A stretch of DNA of 64,000 bases, taken from assembly GCA_030264375.1 (NCBI GenBank), contig JASCQW010000132.1, positions 80,014,784 through 80,078,783 on the forward strand, written 5' to 3'. Below, piece by piece: positions 11,030-24,050 of the stretch. Below the pieces are notes generated by a model. The model was not told the DNA's origin, searched no databases, and worked only from the letters and a program-made list of their open reading frames with translations. Each line of letters opens with the position of its first letter. Within the stretch, counting starts at the first letter, position 1. The translations under genes and the position numbers were made by a program. This DNA is from Carcharhinus longimanus (taxonomy: Eukaryota).

Positions 11030-12400
11030 CTTCTCCCTTTAGAATTCAAACAACAGCAATCATATCACTTCTCAACCTTCACTTTACCAGTGAGAACATA
11101 TCCAATTTACATAATCACTCCTTATAATCCAATCCCTTCAACCTCTCAATCATTATGGTTGCTCTCTTCTGTATCCATTCAATAGCTGCAATATTCTTAC
11201 TGTACTGGGGCAATCAGTACTCTGTACAGTACAAATGTTGCCACACCAATGATTTATAATGTGTTGGAATTACTTACTTATTTTGGTTCAATATTGACCT
11301 TTTAATACATTCCAATATCTGACTTCTTTGTTCACTGCCACAAAGCTCTGTCACCACAGCTTCGATTCAGTGTCAATCAGGATTCTCAGTTCCCCTTCAT
11401 TTTCCAAGCACAATACTTTCTTTCCCTTCCTGGTTATTTTCATTCCCAGTTGAGAAACTTTGCATTTCTCTTCACTGAATTCCACCTGCTATCTGTTTGC
11501 CCAATTGGGCAGTATGCTCAAGTCCTCCTGGAGCTTATTTTATTCAGCTTTGGAGTCTGCCACACTCATTAATTTTGTAGAATCTTCAAATTTAGCAATG
11601 TGCTTGCGACTCCTGGCTTTGCATCATCTATGAAAATATTAAACAAAAGAGGTCCTAAAACAGATTCCTGCGTAACCCCATCTGTAGCATTTTCACAGGT
11701 TGACGTCAAGTCCTGTGAATTCTATTGGTCAACAAATTGTGCATCCATAGTAAAATAATTCCCACTTCCTTTACTTTAAGTATCAGCTTTTTCAAAGGAT
11801 GAATATCAAAGGTGTTACTAAAAAACAAGTGCACTTCGTCCATTGCCATATCCCTATCAACCTCATTCGTCACAGCCTCAAAGAAAACCAAACAATTAAA
11901 AAGACAACGAGGCAGACCTTACACTTGCTATTTTTTATGGTTTTATTTCTATCCAAATGTTTCATGATCTTGTCTTTAATAAGGGTTTCCATAACTTTAC
12001 CCACAATGGGGTGGTATGATGGCGCAGTGATTAGCACTGCTGCCTCACAGCACCTGGGACCTGGGTTCGATTCCCAGCTTGGGTCACCGTATGTGTGTAA
12101 TTTCATGTTCTTCCTCTCTCTGTGTGGGTTTCCTCCCAAAGATGTGCAGGCTAGGTGGATTGGCCAAGCTAAATTGACCCTAGTGTCAGGGGACTAGCTA
12201 GAGTAAATGCATGAGGCTATGGAGGATAGGGTCTGAACGGGATTATGGCCGGTGCAGATTTGATGGGCTGAATGGCTTCCTTCTGCACTGTTGGTTTATA
12301 TGGATGTCAAATTCATAGGTCTGTAGTTTCCTGAATCACTTGTCACTATTTATTTTATAAATAGGAGTAACTTCTGTCTTTTTCCAGTCCTTATACTTTA
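11030..12400 (-). mobile_element. Old CR1 ORF2 fragment interrupted by a SINE
   Basis: IVGKVMETLIKDKIMKHL, FFEAVTNEVD..MDEVHL..NTFD; continues on both sides of the SINE at about 12008-12300. Confidence 0.8.
12008..12300 (+). mobile_element. HE1-type tRNA-derived SINE
   Basis: A box GGCGCAGTGATTAGC, B box GGTTCGATTCC, conserved core and LINE-like tail; short ATGG duplication at the ends. Confidence 0.9.
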
Positions 12401-13574
12401 CCAATGAGGATACCCACTTCAGCAACCAGAAATGCAGATCCTGAGGTTATAAGGCAATAAATGGATACAGAATGCTCTGATTTAAAAGCACATAAAATTG
12501 AGTTACTTAGGACAACTGAGTAACAGATCTTGTAGAGATCATGTAGCAATTCCAATACTTTGTCTCTTGCCACTGATCAATAAAGTTAACCATCTTAGCC
12601 TTCTATGATCCCACACACTCTTCCTCTTTGCATCCAAGATAAGACCCTCACCGTAACTCCTCCCTTTCTAGCATCACAAACTTGTGAAGCTCCTTGCTTC
12701 CTTCAGCATTTGCTTCCTCCCACAATCTTTAGTTCTTTAAAACCCAGTGGTGCCGACATTAAGATCTTGTTGTACCTTAATTTCACAATTCTAAGAAAAA
12801 TAGAGCAAATTAAAATTTCTTGATAAAATAGTTGAGAAATGAATGAGATAATGGAATTCCTGAAAAGTAGCAAAAGTTAAATGGTAATTGTAGCAGCATG
12901 GTAGCTTCTTGATAGTTTCATGCCACTATGAAGAAGCCCTTTAAATCAGGTTATTGTTGATGAAGATCGGCATAAAAGGATATACCACCTTTGGCATTCA
13001 CATGTTTCTTATTATCATTATTTCTCAGGTTCTTATTTGCCACTCACTGCTATTTTCTCCAAATTTCCAACTCTTTTCTTTTTACTTATTCATTCCTCTC
13101 TAATAATGTCACTTTGTATTGTCAGTTCTCATCTATTGTCACTTTTTTACACAAAACTGTCATGTGCATGTACACTTTATCATTTTCTTGTCACACCAGT
13201 CAGATGCAAGTGTTCAGAGCACAATCTAAATTGGCGATGTAATCAGTATTTCAACCAAATTACAGTAGCAGTCACTATAAGAAGTGACAGACATTTTGCA
13301 GCAATTTTACTGCAAAATTTTTATTTCAACTAGAAGGATCCTTGGAGCAAAACAATATCATATTTAAATAAAACGCTGTTTTTGTCACTCTGCATTTATC
13401 GTCATTTTGTGACTGAAAGTGACAGTAAGAATCAACTGTGGCAAAATAAAAACAGGACTCTCAAATAATGAACATGCTTTCCACCTTCACTCTATGCCGT
13501 TTTCCACTTCACTTTCACATAAGTTATTTCACTGTATCCTGTTCTTTATTCGTATAGAAAAATTAAAGTACACA

Positions 13575-13903
13575 AGAGAGCACAATGGTTAGCACTACTG
13601 CCTCACAGCGCCAGGTACCCCGATTCAATTCCAGCCTTGGGTGGCTTTCTGGGTGGAGTTTGCGCATTCTTCCCATGTCTGTGTGGGTTTCCTCTGGGTG
13701 CTCCGATTTCCTCCCACACTCCAAAGATGTATGGATTAGGTTGATTGGCCATGCTAAAATTGCCCCTTAGTGTCCTGAGATGCACAGGTTAGAGGGATTA
13801 GCAGATGAATATGGGGGTAGGGCCTGGGTGGGATTGTGGTCGGTACAGTCTCGTTGGGCCAATTGGCCTCTTTCTGCACTATAGGGTTTCTCTGATTCTA
13901 TGA
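13575..13903 (+). mobile_element. HE1-type tRNA-derived SINE, near full length
   Basis: GCACAATGGTTAGCACTACTGCCTCACAGCGCCAGG..CGATTCAATTCC head, core and tail. Confidence 0.9.
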
Positions 13904-14079
13904 ATTGAGCACAGGACCAATATCACAGCAGATTTAGGAATGAAGAGGTTACAAGAAAAGATAAAAAGGGTTTTTTTTTTCCTTCTGTTATCTATTGGAC
14001 AGGCAAAACTTATAGTTTGGAATAAACTTGGAACTTACTGGAGATATTGATCTTTTCCTTCACCATAGATATTGTGTGA

Positions 14080-14710
14080 CCAGTATGAATGCAGCTGAGG
14101 AAACTGAGTACAAAGCTATGAGTTAGGTAAGCGGGGGAGTTTAAAGTGTTAATTTTGTTCTTCAACGTTGTTCTTAAAATCTGATCTGGTCTGTAAATAC
14201 CAGCAACTGGAAAGTACTGTGAAAGTAGATGAAGTTTCCCCTGCCTTGCAGCTTAGGCAGGGTAAACACACTCTGCTGTGAGAGCTGAGTAGTTAATTAG
14301 CTAACTGGTTGAATCTAGTTTCTCCAGTCCCAGGTCTGTTCATTATAAATACAGGGTTCTTGACTGCAGCTGAGGAAACTGAATGCAAACATGAGGGTTT
14401 GGTGAAGAAGAAGGAAGAGTTGCTTATTTCCTTTTGCTTTTCTCATTTGTGAGGATTGGTTCTTACTCTAGGGAAAAGAGCAAGCTGTTTGGTGAATATC
14501 TGGTAAATGGTTAAGCTCTATTCTATACAAAATGGTGGTAAAGTTAAGAAAATATGAAAATAAAGTTAAGCAATATTAATTAGTGAATAATATAATTAAG
14601 TAATGAATTAAAACACATTAAGGATGGTGGAACAGGTGATTTGCCACGGCTAAAGTGTATGGGAGCTCCTGGATAGCATTGTGATCCAGAGCAAACATAC
14701 CTGAGTGTTT
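14080..14710 (+). mobile_element. CR1 5' end (5' UTR with internal duplication and start of ORF1)
   Basis: TGCAGCTGAGGAAACTGA repeated at ~14091 and ~14365; MVEQVICHG*SVWELLDSIVIQSKHT resembles the CR1 ORF1 N-terminal zinc finger (C..C.MWE). Confidence 0.55.
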
Positions 14711-14789
14711 TTTTTAACCTTACAGGATATGGGTATTGCTGGCTAAGCCAGGATTTATTGTCCATTCCTAATTGTAGACTAGAGGGGAA

Positions 14790-15062
14790 CAGAGGGTAGA
14801 CAGAGGGGAACCGGTGGATGTGGTGTTTCTCGATTTTCAGAAGGCGTTTGATAAGGTGCCACACAAAAGGTTGCTTCAGAAGGTTAGGGGGCATGGAGTT
14901 GGGGGTAAGGTGTTAGCNNNNNNNNNNNNNNNNNNNNNNNNNNNNNNNNNNNNNNNNNNNNNNNNNNNNNNNNNNNNNNNNNNNNNNNNNNNNNNNNNNN
15001 NNNNNNNNNNNNNNNNNCTGGATGGGCTCAATGGCCTCCTTCTGCTCTGTAGGGATTCTATG
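14790..15062 (+). mobile_element. CR1 RT fragment, gap, SINE/LINE tail
   Basis: VDVVFLDFQKAFDKVPHKRLLQKVRGHGVGGKVL; tail GGATGGGCTCAATGGCCTCCTTCTG. Confidence 0.85.
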
Positions 15063-16299
15063 AAAGGCACAGAAATAATAAAACGGCCATGAACAGAAAG
15101 TTATGAATTTGTGTTCCCATCCTGATGTTTCAGCAGATAATTTCAGCCAACACTATAATGCAATTTTGTCCTGTCAAATATGGGGACAGATTTTCACTAC
15201 GGAAGTGGGAAGCTCTTGATGCAACAGACCCCTGTATACACAATTATCACATCCAGGAAGACAGGGCAGTAAGTCAGTCACACCTGCCATAATCAATGGA
15301 ATTTTGGAGCGGGTCACAGAAACAGATGACTACCAAGATGGGATGGTTAGAAAGACGCACTTTGGTTCTCTGAGGCTTCAGCCCAGTCTTTTAAAAGGCT
15401 ATTAGGCTCCCTGGCCCACATCTCCTCACCATCATCTACTCATCTGTCATGCAACCTCCTAAGCTATTCTATATCCACAATTGGTATATCTCAGAAGCCA
15501 TGTGGCGATGAAAAAAAATGTAAGTTCTAAAAATCCAGAAGAGTTCTCACACACACAGTTATGAACCCAACTGATGTTACTACTGGACAAGTTAGATACC
15601 TGAGGGGAGCCTAGATTGATAGATCTAAATGGTTTTACTGAAACCATGGAATAAAGTTACTGAACAAATACACATAAATCTGATGATGAATTTTTAACAC
15701 AAAGAAGAACACATTTGTTAAAGAAGAAAATGAATTATATCACCCCAGGCAAAATGTTGGAAATATGTCAATACAACCTGAAGAATTTTTTTCAAAATAT
15801 TTGGTATTTCTTTATTTCAGCTGAATCTTTACAAATACACATAAATTCAGACAAAAAGTTTACATTAACCATCTGATACTCCAATATTCAGGGTGAGTGT
15901 GAGGTATATATGAACTAACAGTGAACTGTGGTCAGACACACCACATTCCAAAGTAAATGACAGATGTAACCAAAACAGATTCTATGAATTTCTTAACAAT
16001 CCACACAGATGCTTGTCACACCGTAAGCCAATGGTCTCAGTGAAATTCTAACTTTCTTAAAAGGGGTTTTCATCTCCATTCTTAAAGGACTTTCCTTGGA
16101 ATTCTCTCTAAATGTTACTCCCACTCACACTGCTGCAACAGGAATGCCTCCAGGGTTTCAATCTCACCTTCTTAGATCTCTTTCCCCTGGATTTGTGAAT
16201 ACACTAAAATATCACCTTCCAAGCACACTTTCAGATCTTTGGCTGTGCCAAGTACAACACAACTGTTTCAAAAGTCTACCTATTCCCTTATTTCCTGCA

Positions 16300-18560
16300 G
16301 CATGGAGTCACCAACCTTTGGATGCCTTCTCGGATATACTGGATTTTCCTCGAGCCAACATCACTTCAACTCTGCTTCCTATGGTTCTTTCTTTAATTTG
16401 AAGACATTTTCTGTGTTCCTGTTGTCTTGGCTCAGTGGGATTTATCTCTGATCCTTACTTTGTCCCTGTCTGGGACTTCCTTCTGGGACCTCATTCTGTT
16501 CCACACTTTGGTTTGGGTCCTTCTCCTTGTCCCCCTCCCTGTGCCCTGTTCGTAATGATGCTGGCTTTCATGTTCCATTATTTTTCTCGTACCATTTCAC
16601 TGTTTGCTTTTTGCTTCTACTCATGTGCGCAAGGCTGATTCCCAGACTGAAGCCATGAAACTAAACAAACCACACTTGTGAAACCAGTTCTAGTTTATGC
16701 ATGCGTCGGAAGTCCAAGATCCCCTGCAATCTGAACTTTCTGGCCTCCAACTACGGAACACGGTAAGTATTTACATTTCTCAACATCTCCCTCTTGGAAG
16801 AAAGAAAGTTTCATTACAGTGAACTGTGAAGGTTTCTTGACAATGGCTTAACACTTTCTTTACAAGGACTTAACATCATAATCTTCTAATATGTGGTTTA
16901 TTGCATAGTAGACATGTAAACTTTTCATTTTGTTTCACATTTAAAGATTATGCAATTTACAAACTTTTAACAAAAGCAAAAATTAATACTTGTAGCCTGT
17001 AGGATTAACAGGTTTTAAATATCATAGAATTATCATAATTCAGAATTTGTATTTTCTTCCAGATCCTTTCTTTGAACCCTGAATAGAACACTAACAATAA
17101 TACAGTTTTAGTCATAATCTTTTCAATGTTTACCAAATGTAGCAAAGATGCATTAAAATTTTCTTCAGCATCATATTGACCTGCTTGTATTTCTATTTTT
17201 ACCAGGGTTTCCAAGCTTGCTGGTGTGACTGCAAACCAATAATCCAATGGTCTTATTCTCTTTGAATATGATTGATATGCATCCATACTTAAGTGATACT
17301 AATGATTTTTGCCAAGATTTCTCAATTTTAATAAAAAAAAACAAACGATTTTTCTTTCTATTTTTTGTTAATGGAAAGATGCCTTTAATGGGGCTTTCAC
17401 ATTTGCAACACAAACTTTAAATGTCAGATTGACAACCAACTTCAAAATTATCTTCCTCATTCATTTCTTCTGGAACAGATTTTCCCTTTTCATTATTTTG
17501 ATCAATACAGACAAATGAACTTGCTCTGATGAACATTTCCATTCTTTGCTTAAATCATTTACTGGTTTATCTAAGAGATGTCCCACAGTCTTTTGCATGT
17601 ATATATTTGCTGTTGACATTTGAGAAATTAAACTTTAAATTTCAGTCCACGTAATTATTTTCTCTCTTCTTTTCCAATTCTTTGCAAAGTTTGTTAACAC
17701 TTAAATTCAGTTCAGTAAGTACTCTGGTAATTCTCGTTGTCTTTTGAAGCCATTAAATAAGGTTAACAACTTTGTGTGGACATTCTGTTAATTTCAGAAT
17801 CTTTATTCCATGGTTACTTGCTGTCTTTTAGACTCCTTCATTTCACTCATTAGATCCTCAATCTGTTTCTTAAACTTTTCCTCATCTGCTTTTAAATTCT
17901 GGATTTGCCCTTCCATTCCACATACCTCATTCTTCCAGTTCTCCACATTGTATCAAAGTTCAAGAATCTCATTGCACTTTTCATTGAAAAATTGTAACAT
18001 TTCATCAGTTTTGGTTTTTAAGTCTACATGCATCCAAGCGCTCTGATTCACCAGGAATTCTTTTTCCAGTTCATGACATCTTCTGTAATTTTTATTCAGA
18101 CTTCCAAATGCTTGAAATCCATCAAGGTTTAATTGAAGATCTATCTTTGTTGAGTTTGCATTTGTAATTTTATCATGTCCTCAGTCAAGTGTCCTATTTC
18201 TTATGCTCAATTGTTCTCATCAATTCTCATGCTTCATTAGCAAACACATTTTTGGGTGTGAAATTTGGTTCTCCACACAGATAAGGCTTTTTTCAGTTGC
18301 TGGTTGTTGGCAATAAGCTTCTCATACTTGGCCACTGTCACTTTTTGGAGTTTTTTAAGATCAGCATGATTAAGCATTTGCTGCAATAGAATCGCTGGCC
18401 TGTTACCATCTCCACTCACCAAATCATTACCCAGAATAAAACCTATCCCATCAATAGGTGACCTAGGAATGAGCCCTCTGTTGGAATAAGTGATTTTGGA
18501 GCTTTTGAAACTCATCTAAGCATTCATAATGGGCTCCATCTGCATTTCCTTGGAAAATGA
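16300..18560 (-). pseudogene. Decayed coiled-coil / gag-like coding sequence with a Gypsy-type protease motif
   Basis: Purine-rich minus strand with interrupted frames: GLIPRSPIDGIGFILGNDLVSG; ELEKEFL..KTKTDEMLQFFNEKCNEILEL*YNVENWKNEVCGMEGQIQNLKADEEKFKKQIEDLMSEMKESKRQQ; later an R/G-rich segment. Many stops, no introns seen. Confidence 0.55.
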
Positions 18561-18899
18561 TAGTAACGAGGTCTATTGAAACTGTGGAAACTGATGACGC
18601 TGCTTCTTTTCCCATAAACTACACCAGGTAGTCTCCAACAACAAATATTTGTTTTTTATTCACTCACACAGCAACAGTCTGTATTCTTCAAGTTTAAAGG
18701 GCTAGGGATTTAAATAACCTGCACTTAAGCAGATCTTATCCACCCCTCAAGAGCATTTGCATCTCCTCCATCAATTTGCACCCTCTACATTCAGATCTTT
18801 GGAACAGCCACAATTAATTTGACACTAATTTCAAATGCTCAAATTTCCCACCTGTGTGATTCACACCCTTTCCCTGTTGGCAAGATGGAATCAGCAATT

Positions 18900-19200
18900 C
18901 CACGCCTTGGTCCTGCCTGCCATCTTAAAGTCCTCTGGAGTCAGCATGACTCCACAAATATCTGGCTCATGATATCCTTTTAATGTGGTTAGTAGAACTC
19001 CCATGGCACTATTCAAAGGTGAATAGAGAGTTCTCTCAGTGCCCTGATTAAAATTCCTCCTTCAAACACCATTACAACTATTGATTCATTTTATGATTGT
19101 TCATGGAATGTTGCTGCTGCCACATGTGTCTTTGTAATAGCCGATGCACTTCAACATTAATTGGTGTGAGAAGTACTTTGAGATGTTAGTGTGTTAACAT
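18900..19200 (+). mobile_element. DeuSINE (SacSINE1-like) relic
   Basis: GAGTTCTCTCAGTG.CCTG..AAAATT.CTCC.TCAA...ACTTCAA..ATTGG.TGTG..A.TACTTTG, similar to the Deu domain and to the copy at 26905. Confidence 0.5.
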
Positions 19201-19934
19201 GCAAATATTTATTATCTTTTTCAGTAGAAAAAACTGATACATTCATTTGAGGTTACTAAAAATGCACTGGATTCTGATTAGGAACATGATTTGTTTTACC
19301 AGCCTAAGGAAGATAGAAAGAGAGGAAGAAGAATTGTATGCAAATAAACAAATTGGGATCAGAAAGCCTCTCTATACTCTATTTAACTAGACTGTAAGCT
19401 AGTTCTCTATAGATTTACATTATTTTTGCAGTTAGCACAAATAGAAAATTGTTCCCCTTGGAAATGCACTTGATATGAGTTGCATAAAAATACACAGACA
19501 TTACAACACAGAAGCCAGCCTCTCAACCTAATCAGTCTTCGCTGATGTTTACTCTCCACTTGATGAAACAGCGTTCATCACTTTTATCCACCCTGGGCTC
19601 ATAGCCCTTCAAACCCTTTTTGTTTAGTCTATTATGTATTTGCAAAGCAACAACATTTGAAAAACATTTTATATTTGGATAATGTCCACACTATAACTAT
19701 CCTCAGTAATCCTGGGCTGGCGAAAAAAGACTTGCATTCATACAGAATTTTTCACAACTATGAAGAAACAATAAAGATCCCCATTTCTACTTGAAAAGTG
19801 CAATGTCATAACACTGGTGAAGATAAGACCAGATTCAGCTGCTGACGTTCATTGCCAACATTATTAACCTGTGTGGATTGAGCACTTGAGTAAGTTACCA
19901 GTACATACCAGTATCTGAGTGCAGATAAAATTTA

Positions 19935-20215
19935 AAGATTACTTTTATTAGTCACAAGTAAGGCTTACATTAACATTGCAATGTAGTTACTGTGAAATTC
20001 CCCTAATCACCACGTTCCGACACCTATTCAGGTAAATGCACCTAACCAGCACGTCTTTCAGACTGTGGAAGGAAATCAGAGCACCCAGTGAAAACCTATG
20101 CAGACACAGGGAGAACATGCAAACTCCACACAGACAGCAATCCAAGCCAAGAATCGAACCAATATCCCTGGCACTGTGAGGCAGCAGCGCTAACCACTGT
20201 GCCACCATGCCACCC
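19935..20215 (-). mobile_element. tRNA-derived SINE (HE1-like head, alternative tail)
   Basis: Reverse complement GGTGGCACAGTGGTTAGCGCTGCTGCCTCACAG..GGTTCGATTC; tail TTTATTAGTCACAAGTAAGGCTTACATTAACA shared with 25600. Confidence 0.9.
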
Positions 20216-21744
20216 CACTGTAGAGGAGGCTAGATAATTGTGGGGATAGACTAGTGTCAACATCTTGCCCATTTAAAAAAAAATTCAAGTTAACAAAATT
20301 GTAATCAGTAAAGTATCACAGCGCCTTAAAATAATAATTCTGGGTACATTTGTTTTTTGGGGGAATGGGGTGGGGGACTGTATCCATCAAAAACCACTGA
20401 TAACCAAAATGGCAAAATAACCCAGTCTTGATGGGTCTAATTGGAAGTGACTTTCTGTGGAACAGATGGAGGGATGCCCAACCGTTACATCCAACCCTCA
20501 GAACGTGATGTCACTTTTTTTGGATATAGAATGCCATATCCAACATAATTCCAATGAGTCCAACCCATACTAACATTGGCATACTTCCTTGGCCAAAACT
20601 AAGAAGTGCAAAACTTTATGGCCTTGAAAATTGAACAAAATTGAATGTCCAGTCCCAGTGAAATGCATTACTTTTATAAAGAGACTGAATTCAAGTGTGT
20701 ACTGTGGGTTCTTGTTGAACTATGTGGAGCTGATCACAGCCATATTCTGCCATGTTACCCTTCACTTTGCAAGCAACCTAACTGTGTTGACACTGGCACA
20801 GGTATCCAGCTGCACACAGGAATCTCCTGACCCCACAGGCAAGTCAGGAGGCATGGAACAGGATTGTGGGCTTTCAATTTTACTTGAATACTGACCACCA
20901 ATTACAGCAACAAGGAAGTTGATTGGAAGGTTTTTTTGCTCCAGCTAAATGAAAGAAGCTAAATCAGCATTAGAGTGATTCACCCAGAGCTTTTCAAGTA
21001 TGTAGTTTACACCATCTGACATGATGGGCAGGATTTTAATTGCCATGGTGGGATGGGCATGGAGGGTTAAACCTCGAGAAATGTGACCGTGCCATCAACC
21101 CAACATCATCCTGCCCGCTTCCAGGTTTCACTGGGACACATTGGGAGATGAATTGGAAACTCGAAGAGCTCCTATTTAAATATTTAAATGATCATGCCAC
21201 TGAATTTGGCTTTAACAGCCAGTGTACGGAGTTCCTCAGTTGTGTGGGATGTGCCAGGGTCAACAAGGCAAGTTGAGCAAGGCAGAGAAATTGATAAGCT
21301 TGAATGTTTTTAAAGAGTGTAGCTGCATAGCTGCTGTCCTGCCTATGGGAAAGGGTTGAACTCACAGTACTTGTTCAGAGCTTGATTTCCAACTTTTGAG
21401 AATCATTTCATCTACTCTACATAATCTCAATTTCCCAACATTGAGGGAGGGGATCCCTGTTGATTGATAAACATTCCAATCTGATCTATGGACACCTTGA
21501 TTGTCTCATGTGTGCAGTCAGTGACTCTCTGAATCTTTAGAAGCCAGTCACTGCAGAAAGTGTGAGAGCCCTCTGTGTCTCACTGACCTCATCAGTGTCA
21601 AAATGGGCATGAGTGTATATTGGAATTCAGGATGATCAAAGTAGATGGCAGGGAAATTAAGAGTTTAAATAAAGTGTTTGTTGATTTTAAGTCAACATAT
21701 AGATAGTATCATGAATGAATATTCATTCATTTGGTAATAGGGAT

Positions 21745-22120
21745 TATTGTGGAAAAGAGAGACATGTTGCCAAAGATTTTTGTCTTATGTTCATCAGGAC
21801 AAGTGCCAGAATGCCAAATTTCAAATTCTCGTAACAGTTTATACCATAAGAGAAAAAGATGCTGATTGGTTGGAAAATCAACACTGATTGGTTAACGTGT
21901 TGCCATGGGGAAAGCAATGTGGAGCTATAGGCTCACCATGCTACTTCAAAAATGATACAAGGCTTGAACATATTTCTTTTGTTGTGTATCAATCAATATA
22001 ATTTCTAGCAAACATAAATGAGCCAAATTGTGTGCTTGACTGATTATCTTAAATTAGTTAATAGTGTAGCTATTAACACACTCAGAATTGTTCAGCAAGT
22101 TGTTCCCAATCACAGAAACA
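21745..22120 (-). mobile_element. Penelope-like element fragment (GIY-YIG C-terminus and 3' end)
   Basis: VIGNNLLNNSECVNSYTIN*FKIISQAHNLAHLCLLE resembles the Penelope endonuclease tail motif SAIGQHLL.NPEC..F.II..A....L..LE. Confidence 0.65.
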
Positions 22121-24050
22121 CAAGTAACAACAGATATACAGTAAAAATCGCCATCTTTTTCGACTAAGTGTCAACTCAAGTGGGAAGGTAGTGCACAGCC
22201 CATCCACAGCTGGTTTTTCTAACTTTTGTTTTCAAAATTTGGTCAAAACATATCCTTGAGGTGGAACCTATGTTGTAACGCTTGCAATGTGGGCTCTGAA
22301 TGAGTCTGCCTCACCAATAATGTAAACCTTCAAGAGATTGGGGTGCCCTTTAAATAAAAATTAAAAAGAGGTTCCCCTCTAATGGACACTGGGAAGCCTC
22401 CCCTGCCTCCCACTCCCACCCAAGCACATGGCTGAACCCCATCAACCTTCCCATCAGAAACTGCCTTCCCAGCACTGTCCCTTTGCACAGTCCCCTAGCA
22501 GGGGATATTTCCTGGGGCCACTGGCTGGACTGCCTGGGTATTGCTGGGGCATGACCCTCTGCCCTGGTGCTGTACATAACTGTACATAACTGTTCTCTTC
22601 ATCAGGTCCCTGTTTGTGAAAAGCTGTTGTAAATCCCATTGATGTCAGCAGTCAAGGGGAAGGGGATGTGGGATACTAACATGGGAGGGGGGAATAATGG
22701 AGTGGAGAAGTCTGCTAATGATATTAAAAAAGCATGGCAATGAAGTTCCCAAGTTTTCACGGTGGAAACACCATTATGTTATTGGCGGGGAGCAGGCACA
22801 AATGGAATGGGAAATACTGATGATATGAAATCCAAATTGGAAATCCCAAAGGATTCTCCATGCCTACTGTCATTCCTGCCCACAAGAGGAAAGCTGCTCA
22901 TTCCCCTGCTCTGACAGATCTGAAGCCTGTTGCAGTTAGATATTCTCTGGGTTTTAGAGTTGTGAGGGCCTCATCAAAGACTGCCCCATCTTCAGTGATC
23001 AACTCGGTTATGGGGCAGGAAGCTGCATGTGAGGCTCTGTCTCTGGGGATCAGGGTAGGGATGAGAAGCACCTTGTGAAGTATCCCCACTTCAATGTGCC
23101 CTTTCGCTGTCTTTCCTCTTATTGAAAACCTGCATTCTCATGCTAGCCAAGAGCTGGAGAACATTTGGCTACATTTCAGTGAGGTGTTGAGCCACCAAAA
23201 AAGGCTTTGTTTCATCCCGTGTGGAATGGCAGACGAGAGAAAATAGATCATTGGTCAGGCCTAACATACACTCAGTGGCACCAATGCTAGAGGTCAACTG
23301 CTCTAACCTCTCTCCCAGAGTGCCCAGTGCCAATGAAGATGCCAACAGAAGCACATACCATTGCTTGTCCACAGTGGATGACCCTGACAGTCAGTATCTT
23401 CATGTTGTTGAGCTGAGCTTGGCGGTTCTATACTCTCTGAGGGGAGTGTCCACAGCCATGCCTGCTTCTGCTCAGATGTGGTGTGACTCACCATGTGACA
23501 ACCTAACTATCTTGATTTGAGCTCCCACTTAGGTATGAATATCTCAGCTGGTAGAGAGTGTACAGGAATTACGTGATGTTTCATCCTCTAAATGTATGAC
23601 CTCCTCTCAGGACAACTCAAACTGATCCCTCTTCTGTTTCTCTGTCACAACCCCCATGGGTGTTGACCGATGGTGATTAGAACTTATAAGCGTATAGGTT
23701 ATATTGTGCAGATCTTGAAATTTAGTCACGGCAGCAATTCAGAATAAGTGAATGCTATATGCCAGCGGCAGCATGACATTTAGTTCTGTCATCAGTTTTG
23801 TGGGAGACCCCTATCTATCACAATGCCCATGAGCTCTGTCATTCTGCTGAACTCCAAGGCATCATACGCTGCTGCAGTCAGTGTGGCAATAACCACTCCC
23901 AAATCCACACCACAGTCCCTCCTCCCATCTTCAGTTCTATGTCTCTCCCTGGAGTTATATGCTCTTGTCCTCTTTTTTAATGACAGTAAAAAGAGTGTTC
24001 TGAATTTGAAAAGTGCAATGTGTCGAATGAATAAATGGACCATGGCTGTG

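Noticed and set aside
12008-12080. tRNA genes here and at 13580, 20150, 27330, 50750
   Set aside because: A/B-box heads continue into SINE bodies; no full cloverleaf.
17171-17286. YWFAV peptide resembling OXR1/NCOA7 EYWFAVP
   Set aside because: Only about five residues match, the flanks do not, and there are no splice signals.
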